From Candidatus Omnitrophota bacterium (GTDB taxonomy: Bacteria; Omnitrophota; Gorgyraeia; Gygaellales; Profunditerraquicolaceae): a stretch of 51,416 bases of DNA. Positions within the stretch are counted from its first letter, which is position 1. Every line of letters begins with the position of its first letter. Both the position numbers and the translations under genes were made by a program. The notes below the pieces were generated by a model. The model had not been told where the DNA came from, did no database searches, and was given only the letters and a program-made list of their open reading frames with translations. Positions 45,832-51,416 of this stretch are shown piece after piece. The DNA is taken from contig JBASUY010000042.1 of assembly GCA_049275655.1 (NCBI GenBank), positions 68,690-120,105 on the forward strand. The letters are read 5' to 3'.

Positions 45832-46200
45832 TATACTATAAAAGGGAGGAAAGAAATAGATTTTATAAAGCAAAAAAAGGAAAAGAGGCAGTTTCATCGC
45901 GTTAGCTTGCGCACAAGGCTTCGTTATCAGGTAAGGGGAGAGCCGGAGTATGCCAATACTATCTCTGATAATATAAGCGAAGGAGGAGTAGCTTTTGTTG
46001 CCTTGAAATTTATCCCTCCTGCTACTGCCTTAATGTTGGAATTAGACCTTCTTAATAGAACTCTTTATCCTATTGGAAGAGTTTCATGGTGTCAACCCTT
46101 GCCTCATTCACAAAAAAACAGATTAGGAGTGGAGTTTATAGAGTTTAACCAGTTTGAAAAGAATCTTTTGTCCGATTATATAAAGGTTAAAATAGCCTAA
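45808..46200 (+). CDS. PilZ-domain protein (start codon uncertain)
   Basis: c-di-GMP binding motifs RQFHR (RxxxR) and DNISEGG (DxSxxG). See the finding on start-codon ambiguity. Confidence 0.72.
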   Translation: MKVDICYYYTIKGRKEIDFIKQKKEKRQFHRVSLRTRLRYQVRGEPEYANTISDNISEGGVAFVALKFIPPATALMLELDLLNRTLYPIGRVSWCQPLPHSQKNRLGVEFIEFNQFEKNLLSDYIKVKIA

Positions 46201-46225
46201 TTTAAGAAAGGAAGATAAAGAGAAG

Positions 46226-46405
46226 ATGCCCGAAGAAGCTACCGCAACAGTTACATCAGAAACAAAGCAAAAAGAAGAAAAACAAACAAATTGCTTAGCA
46301 TGTAATAAGCCGTTAAAGAAGATAAAGATATATTACCGAAATGGCAAATTCTATTGCACCAAGAGGTGTTGGAAGAATTTTTTAGAGAAGTCTAAGGCTT
46401 CTTAA
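46226..46405 (+). CDS. Small zinc-ribbon protein (FCS/TRASH-like CxxC...CxxxC)
   Basis: Not in the ORF track (59 aa): MPEEATATVTSETKQKEEKQTNCLACNKPLKKIKIYYRNGKFYCTKRCWKNFLEKSKAS. Purine-rich AAGAAAGGAAG-type sequence upstream; fills the gap between the two PilZ genes. Confidence 0.45.
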   Translation: MPEEATATVTSETKQKEEKQTNCLACNKPLKKIKIYYRNGKFYCTKRCWKNFLEKSKAS

Positions 46406-46414
46406 GGAGAATCA

Positions 46415-46765
46415 ATGAAGATGGGCGCAGACAGAAGAATCCACCCGCGTATAGATAAAGAGCTTCCTTTTAATGTAGCTGCTAATGGGTATGGTTTTTC
46501 AACCACGACTAAAAATTTAAGCTGTGTCGGGGCTTATTGTAGGATCACCAAATATATACCTCCTTTTACTAAAGTATTGGTTAAACTAACTTTACCGATA
46601 AAAGAGAAGAATAAGGATAAAAATTATACCGTAACTTGCGAAGGCGTGATTGTAAGAACTGAAGATGAGAATAAGGGAGGTTTTAACATAGCTATATTTT
46701 TTAACGCAATTAAGGATGATCAGCGCAAGAAAATCTCCAAGTATATTAAACAGTTTGTCCGTTAA
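46415..46765 (+). CDS. PilZ-domain protein
   Basis: RRIHPR (RxxxR) and NLSCVG ((D/N)xSxxG) motifs; 116 aa; AAGGAGA RBS. Confidence 0.8.
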   Translation: MKMGADRRIHPRIDKELPFNVAANGYGFSTTTKNLSCVGAYCRITKYIPPFTKVLVKLTLPIKEKNKDKNYTVTCEGVIVRTEDENKGGFNIAIFFNAIKDDQRKKISKYIKQFVR

Positions 46766-46800
46766 TACATTCCTTCCAAACCTTGCCTTTTTAAAATAAT

Positions 46801-47319
46801 ATGGGCAGAACCTCTAAGGTAAAACCCGTTAAGCTTATAGCCGGATTTATATATTTAGACGAAGAAGTTTTTAAAAAATCCAAAGATATCTTAGAAAAAA
46901 AATACGGGCGGATAGATTTTGAAAGCCAAATCCTTCCTTTTGACTTAACCGATTATTACGCTGAGGAATTCGGGAAGAACTTAAAACGCTCCTTTGTAAG
47001 TTTCTTTAAACTAATAAGCCCTTCTAACCTTTATAAGATAAAGTCCTTCACTAACGCCTTAGAGAGTAAGCTCTCATTTAAGGGCAAGCGTAGGGTAAAT
47101 ATTGACCCCGGTTACTTAGATTTAGCAAAAGTTGTTTTAGCTACTACAAAAGACTATGCCCACAGGATATACCTTAATAAAGGGATATTTGCCGAGGCCT
47201 CCCTATATTTTAAGGGCGGTTCTTTTATTCCTAGCCAATGGTCTTATCCTGATTTTAAAAAGTGTGAGTACATTGATATTTTTAATAGCATAAGAGAGTT
47301 ATACCATAAACAGACTTAA
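46801..47319 (+). CDS. DUF4416-like protein
   Basis: PVKLIAGFIY ... NIDPGYLDLAKVVLATTKDYAHRIYL pattern recalled for DUF4416. Function unknown. Confidence 0.6.
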   Translation: MGRTSKVKPVKLIAGFIYLDEEVFKKSKDILEKKYGRIDFESQILPFDLTDYYAEEFGKNLKRSFVSFFKLISPSNLYKIKSFTNALESKLSFKGKRRVNIDPGYLDLAKVVLATTKDYAHRIYLNKGIFAEASLYFKGGSFIPSQWSYPDFKKCEYIDIFNSIRELYHKQT

Positions 47320-47320
47320 G

Positions 47321-48058
47321 ATGAGGAAGCTTTTTATCATTATCTTTTTAATACTATCTTTAAGCGGTTGCGCTACATTGTATAATCCTGCTACGGGCAG
47401 AAATGAGATTATCCTCATTGATACTAAAGAGGAAATTAGTTTAGGCAGGGATTTAGATAACCAGGTAAAGAAAGACTTTAAGATATTAAAAGACAGGTTA
47501 ATGCAAGAGAGGTTAGATAACATAGGCAAAAGAGTTTCAGCTGCTTCAGATAGGAAAGATTTAAAATACACGTTTAGTATTATTAAAGACGATGAATTTA
47601 ACGCCTTTGCTATCCCTGGGGGTTTTGTCTATGTTAATAGTGGGCTAATAAATGAAGCTAACGACGATGAACTTGCCGCGGTATTAGCGCACGAGATAGG
47701 GCATATTGCAGCGCGGCATAGCGTCAAAAGGCTTCAGGCGAACATGGGTTATCAAATTCTTCTTAACATAGCCTTAGGTAAAGACAAGGCAGGGGCAATA
47801 TCTGAAGCGTTAAACATAACTTACAATGTTATTGCCTTGGGTTTTAGCCGTCAGGATGAATTTTTAGCCGATAAGTTATCCGTAAAATATTCTTATGCGG
47901 CAGGTTTTAATCCTTATGGGATGGTTACTTTTTTTAGGAAGTTAGAGGGTAATAAAAAGCCCGGGGCAGAGTTAGTATTTTTAAGTTCCCATCCTCCGAT
48001 TAAAGATAGGATAGAGAGGGTGGAAAAAGAAATAGCTTTATTAAAGCAAGTTGACTAA
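47321..48058 (+). CDS. M48-family zinc metalloprotease lipoprotein
   Basis: Lipobox LSGC, HEIGHIAARH (HExxH), downstream Glu; 245 aa. Confidence 0.85.
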   Translation: MRKLFIIIFLILSLSGCATLYNPATGRNEIILIDTKEEISLGRDLDNQVKKDFKILKDRLMQERLDNIGKRVSAASDRKDLKYTFSIIKDDEFNAFAIPGGFVYVNSGLINEANDDELAAVLAHEIGHIAARHSVKRLQANMGYQILLNIALGKDKAGAISEALNITYNVIALGFSRQDEFLADKLSVKYSYAAGFNPYGMVTFFRKLEGNKKPGAELVFLSSHPPIKDRIERVEKEIALLKQVD

Positions 48059-48061
48059 TCT

Positions 48062-49033
48062 ATGCCTCTTTATCCTTCATACTTAAGAGCCTTTGAAGAT
48101 AAAAAATTAGATAAAGCGATTAAAGAGCTTACCTTGATGATGGAATCCTGCTCTTTATGCCCACGTAATTGCAGGGTTAACCGCCTTAATAACGAAAAGG
48201 GATTTTGTAAAACAGGATACCTGCCTAAAGTTTATAGTTTTATGAGCCATAAAGGCGAGGAGCCTCCTATCTCAGGCAAAAACGGCTCCGGGACAATCTT
48301 CTTTTCAAATTGTAATATGGGGTGTTTGTATTGCCAGAATTATGAGTTTAGTCAATTAGGCAAGGGCAGAGAGGTTTCTTTTGAGGAGTTGGCGGGTTTT
48401 ATGCTAAACCTTCAGGATTTAGGGTGCCATAATATAAACCTTGTAACGCCTACTCATATACTTCCTCAGATACTAACGGCTTTAAGGATAGCAATATCTC
48501 AGGGCCTTAAGATTCCTTTAGTTTATAATACAAGCGGATTTGAGGCAAGAGAAGCCCTTAAGTTGCTTGAGGGGATAGTGGATATCTACTTAACCGATAT
48601 GCGTTACGCAGACGCTAAGATAGCAGAAAGGTATTCTCTTGCCTTCGGCTATCCTGAGTATAGCAAAAGAGCGCTTATTGAGATGCGCCGCCAAATAAAT
48701 AAAGATGAGTTTGACAATAGCGGTATAATGAGGCGCGGATTAATTATAAGGCACCTTGTCTTGCCTAACGGGCTCTCCGGCACTAAAGAAGTTATGCGTT
48801 TTATTGCAGAAGAGGTATCTATTAACTCTTTAATTAGCCTGATGAGCCAGTATCTTCCTTATTATAAAGCAGACAAAGATGAACTTGTAGCCCGTAGGTT
48901 AAAAATTAAAGAGTATGAAGAGGCTAAAAGAATAATGAAGGGGTTCGGTTTATCGGATGGATGGGTTCAGGATTCATTTGGTTTAGAGAGGTTTGCCGGG
49001 GTTAATATAAAATCTGTCTTAAAAAATGGTTAA
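48062..49033 (+). CDS. Radical SAM protein, PflX-type (pyruvate formate-lyase activase-related)
   Basis: N-terminal CSLCPRNCRVNR..GFC cluster, EEPPISGKNGSGTIFFSNCNMGCLYCQN (CxxxCxxC). Confidence 0.85.
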   Translation: MPLYPSYLRAFEDKKLDKAIKELTLMMESCSLCPRNCRVNRLNNEKGFCKTGYLPKVYSFMSHKGEEPPISGKNGSGTIFFSNCNMGCLYCQNYEFSQLGKGREVSFEELAGFMLNLQDLGCHNINLVTPTHILPQILTALRIAISQGLKIPLVYNTSGFEAREALKLLEGIVDIYLTDMRYADAKIAERYSLAFGYPEYSKRALIEMRRQINKDEFDNSGIMRRGLIIRHLVLPNGLSGTKEVMRFIAEEVSINSLISLMSQYLPYYKADKDELVARRLKIKEYEEAKRIMKGFGLSDGWVQDSFGLERFAGVNIKSVLKNG

Positions 49034-49997
49034 GGTTATAGATAAAATAAAAAAATTTATTTATATAAATATTATTAAGATAAATGATTCGCCTCAAAGA
49101 ATTGCTTTGGGTTTTGGGTTAGGTATCTTTTGCGGCATCTTTCCGGGGGTAGGATCTTTAGCGGCTTTGTCCCTTGCTTTTATTTTGAAGGCTAATAGGG
49201 CAAGCGCTTTGTTAGCAAGTTTAATTAGTAATACTTGGTTAAGCCTGATAACCTTTCTCTTTTCAATTAAGATTGGTTCTGTTATACTAAGGTTAGATTG
49301 GGGGCTTATTTATCAAGAGGCAAATTCTATTTTTAGCTCTTTTACCTGGAAAACGATTTTTAAATTTTCTTTAATTAAACTGCTTTTGCCGCTTATTTTG
49401 GGCTATTTTATTATCAGTATTATCGCGGGGTTAATTTCGTATTTTTTTGTTTTACTTATCTTAAAGTTTATCAAGGGAAGATTAAAGGAGGAGGGGATGG
49501 ATATTAAAAGGTTTATTTTAAAAAAAAAGAGGGATTTTAATCTTTCTCTTTCAATGGTTGGGGTTATACCCTTTTTGGTTTTTACGTATTTGATAACCGT
49601 AAGGTTATCTACTTTAAAAATTCTTGCAGGGCAAATAGGATGCATAGTTTTTTGTACGTTGATAGTATTTATGTTGGGTATATACGTTGGTAAAAGGATG
49701 TTTCGTTCTATGGTAGATGAGATTATGGAAAAAAATAAGCAGATAGGGATAGCTGAAGCAATATTAAGGGTTGGAGATAAGATAAATAACCCCCTTCTTG
49801 CTATCAGGGGAAACTTAGGGATACTAGAAGATTATATCATAGAGAACAAATTGCCGGGGAAGTTAATCGATAGAATAAAGACGATAAAAGACAATATAGA
49901 AAGAATTCGCCAAATTACGGATAAGGCCTCAAGCCTTCCTAATTCAGAATCTTCTTTTACAGAGAGTAAAAAAGTAATGAATGATTTTATTAAATAA
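49026..49997 (+). CDS. DUF2062-family membrane protein fused to a 2-TM plus degenerate DHp (HisKA-like, His replaced) module
   Basis: PQRIALGFGLGIFCGIFPGVGSLAAL (DUF2062-like). After aa 158: two TM segments, then ILRVGDKINNPLLAIRGNLGIL, which resembles an H-box with Asp in place of His. No HATPase domain. Confidence 0.6.
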   Translation: MVKVIDKIKKFIYINIIKINDSPQRIALGFGLGIFCGIFPGVGSLAALSLAFILKANRASALLASLISNTWLSLITFLFSIKIGSVILRLDWGLIYQEANSIFSSFTWKTIFKFSLIKLLLPLILGYFIISIIAGLISYFFVLLILKFIKGRLKEEGMDIKRFILKKKRDFNLSLSMVGVIPFLVFTYLITVRLSTLKILAGQIGCIVFCTLIVFMLGIYVGKRMFRSMVDEIMEKNKQIGIAEAILRVGDKINNPLLAIRGNLGILEDYIIENKLPGKLIDRIKTIKDNIERIRQITDKASSLPNSESSFTESKKVMNDFIK

Positions 49998-50016
49998 GGC
50001 AGTTAAAGGAGACAAA

Positions 50017-50760
50017 ATGAAAGGAGCAAGAAAGGTATTAATTATAGCATTAGTTATTGCGTTAGGTGTTTTGCTTTTTAGGAATATTATCGCAAAGATA
50101 GCGATTGAAAATGGCGTGCAATTTGCTACCGGGCTTAAATTAAGGATGGATAGCTTTAATATAGGGATATTTAGAAGCAAGATAAATATAGCCGGGCTTA
50201 GGCTATACAACCCTAAAGGTTTTGAAGATAAGGTTATGTTAGATATACCTAATATCTATATTGATTATAACTTACCGGCTATTTTAAAAGGCAAGGTATA
50301 TCTTCAAGAGGTAAGGTTTAATTTAAAAGAGTTTACGGTAGTTAAGAATAAAGAGGGGAGGGTTAACCTTAACTATTTAAAGCCTAAAAAAGAGCAAAAA
50401 GAAAAGAAGGCTAAAGAGGATAAGCCTAAGAAAGAGAAAAAGCCTTTGGATATCAAAATAGATAATTTAGAGGTTAGAGTAGATAAGTTAGTATATAAAG
50501 ATTACACAAAGAAAGCCGCTCCTTCAATAAAAGAATTCAATGTTAATCTTTACGAAAAACATACTAATATTACAAATATTAATGCGGTTATGGGCATAAT
50601 ATTGATTAAGGCTTTAACTAAAACAACTATATCTGGTATTGCAAGCGGTGTTAGTTTAGCTACTGATACTGCGGCTAAAACTACTGAAAAAATAACCCAA
50701 GTAGGCAAATCTTTAACCGGTGCAGTCGTTAAACTTAAAGATGACTTAACCTCTCCTTAG
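50017..50760 (+). CDS. Membrane-anchored AsmA-like/DUF748-like protein
   Basis: N-terminal TM, beta-rich repeats (LKLRMDSFNIGIFRSKINIAGLRLYNP), Lys-rich linker. The ATG at 50017 after AAAGGAG is preferred to 49981. Family call is weak. Confidence 0.4.
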   Translation: MKGARKVLIIALVIALGVLLFRNIIAKIAIENGVQFATGLKLRMDSFNIGIFRSKINIAGLRLYNPKGFEDKVMLDIPNIYIDYNLPAILKGKVYLQEVRFNLKEFTVVKNKEGRVNLNYLKPKKEQKEKKAKEDKPKKEKKPLDIKIDNLEVRVDKLVYKDYTKKAAPSIKEFNVNLYEKHTNITNINAVMGIILIKALTKTTISGIASGVSLATDTAAKTTEKITQVGKSLTGAVVKLKDDLTSP

Positions 50761-50890
50761 GGCGGAACCGCTTTCCTTATGATTAAGCTCAATAAGGCTT
50801 TAGGCTCATTAGATAAAGAAGCGATTAAAGGCAAAAAATCCCGGTAAGGCTACTCACTAATCCTACCTAATCTGTTAATCTTAAATAATA

Positions 50891-50910
50891 TAAGTAAGTT
50901 TAAGTAAGTA
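50891..50910 (+). repeat. Tandem direct repeat TAAGTAAGTT / TAAGTAAGTA
   Basis: Exact reading of the sequence. A third copy lies inverted at 51394-51403 (AACTTACTTA), just upstream of the DUF134 start codon. Confidence 0.9.
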
Positions 50911-50937
50911 AAATTTTGTTTATCCACAGGATAATAT

Positions 50938-50955
50938 TAAGGTTATTTAACCTTA
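50938..50955. repeat. 18-bp palindrome TAAGGTTA-TT-TAACCTTA
   Basis: Perfect 8+8 inverted repeat with a 2-nt spacer, 10 nt downstream of a TTATCCACA box. Confidence 0.85.
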
Positions 50956-51070
50956 TGTCCGACAAGGGTTTATCTCTATTTATCCAATATATAATAGTTA
51001 ACATAAGATATATTATAGGAAGTTGACCTATAAGGTAAGTTTAGCTAAAGAGCCGGATTTTTAGGGGTTT

Positions 51071-51385
51071 TTAAAGGCTTTCTTTTGAGGTAATTACGTA
51101 GTGTCCGCCTTGAATTTTTATAGTATTTCCATTAATTAAGGCGTGTGCAATACCTCTCCTTGCTTTAGTTAGTATGCGGCTAAATGTCTGTTGAGATACC
51201 CTCATTGATTTGGCAGCTTCTTTTTGCGGTAGTCCCACATAGTCAGATAGCCTTATTGCTTCAAATTGATCCATAGATAAGTCTATCTCATCAGGCCTCC
51301 CGGGCCTACCCCTTGGGCTAAATTGGGCTATTTTGGGGTCTAATCTGACTATCCTATACTTCTTTGGCCTTCCTCTTGGCTGCAT
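51071..51385 (-). CDS. DUF134 (UPF0251) family HTH DNA-binding protein
   Basis: MQPRGRPKKYRIVRLDP ... MDQFEAIRLSDYVGLPQKEAAKSMRVSQQTFSRILTKARRGIAHALINGNTIKI (sigma70 region-4-like HTH). Confidence 0.8.
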   Translation of the reverse strand: MQPRGRPKKYRIVRLDPKIAQFSPRGRPGRPDEIDLSMDQFEAIRLSDYVGLPQKEAAKSMRVSQQTFSRILTKARRGIAHALINGNTIKIQGGHYVITSKESL

Positions 51386-51416
51386 ATTAGTATAACTTAC
51401 TTAATCTTACCTATTC

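Noticed and set aside
48062-49033. Radical SAM gene as the missing partner of the MEMO1-like (AmmeMemoRadiSam B) gene at 27662.
   Set aside because: The genes are 20 kb apart. The enzyme shows the PflX-type pattern (EEPPISG..GSGTIFFSNCNMGCLYCQN plus an N-terminal CxxCxxxC) rather than the pattern I recall for the AmmeMemoRadiSam radical SAM family. No AMMECR1 gene is present.
49520-49528. A9 homopolymer inside the DUF2062 gene, as a possible phase-variation tract.
   Set aside because: A7-A8 runs are common throughout this AT-rich window (e.g. in rpsK, dgt and aroB), mostly from Lys codons. Nothing singles this one out.
50920-50988. Perfect DnaA box TTATCCACA plus a near copy, as a possible replication origin.
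   Set aside because: There is only one perfect and one 7/9 box. No dnaA, dnaN, gidA or parAB lies nearby, and no clear DUE is defined. That is insufficient for an oriC call. It is kept only as part of the spacer description.

Overview
This window is a compact, visibly AT-rich, almost fully coding piece of bacterial chromosome. All product calls come from reading the translated ORFs for motifs; no database search was possible.

Gene order on the + strand, bases 1-44430:
- End of the S10 operon, then the complete spc and alpha ribosomal operons (rpsC to rplQ, with secY, adk, map, infA, rpmJ, rpoA).
- An aminotransferase.
- A two-subunit aconitase-family hydro-lyase with a pilT gene wedged between its subunits.
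- Isocitrate-type dehydrogenase, mdh, lpd and a free-standing lipoyl domain.
- A GAF-HD-GYP phosphodiesterase.
- A glycolipid-type cluster (GT28, LpxL/PatA-type acyltransferase, GT2).
- A B12 island: cobO, a small membrane protein, a cobalamin riboswitch with terminator, a TonB-dependent receptor and TonB.
- rpsU, a MEMO1-like protein, DUF1844 and Trm112.
- aroQ-pepP-efp-accB-accC-asp23-amaP.
- A PPi-type pfk, gmhA, the heptose adenylyltransferase, a ThiE-N-like protein and thiC.
- tRNA-Gly(CCC), which overlaps the thiC stop codon.
- A translationally chained array: LysM/M23 peptidase, AAA ATPase, YfcE phosphoesterase, dGTPase, GAF-HD-GYP.
- A SPOR protein, a small basic protein and aroB.

After that come a GspB/ExeA-like pair on the - strand, back-to-back consensus promoters, and PilZ / Zn-ribbon / PilZ. 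These are followed by DUF4416, an M48 protease, a PflX-type radical SAM enzyme, a DUF2062 protein with a degenerate DHp-like tail, and an AsmA-like protein. The window ends with a 310-nt repeat-bearing spacer and a DUF134 regulator on the - strand.

Gene content (small basic protein, DUF4416, compact same-strand architecture) suggests an uncultivated diderm of the PVC/Omnitrophota type. That is inference only.

I found no CRISPR array, transposase, integrase or rRNA.

Nothing here is a demonstrable new system. The candidates most worth a second look are:
- the five-gene nucleotide-hydrolase/ATPase chain (37602-42521);
- pilT embedded in a split hydro-lyase (12515-15326);
- the orphan Lpd plus lipoyl-domain pair (17327-18885);
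- the thiC/tRNA overlap together with the ThiE-N-like gene (35847-37590);
- the DUF2062-pseudo-DHp gene and its neighbours (46801-50760);
- the TAAGTAAGT-repeat spacer around the DUF134 gene (50761-51416).
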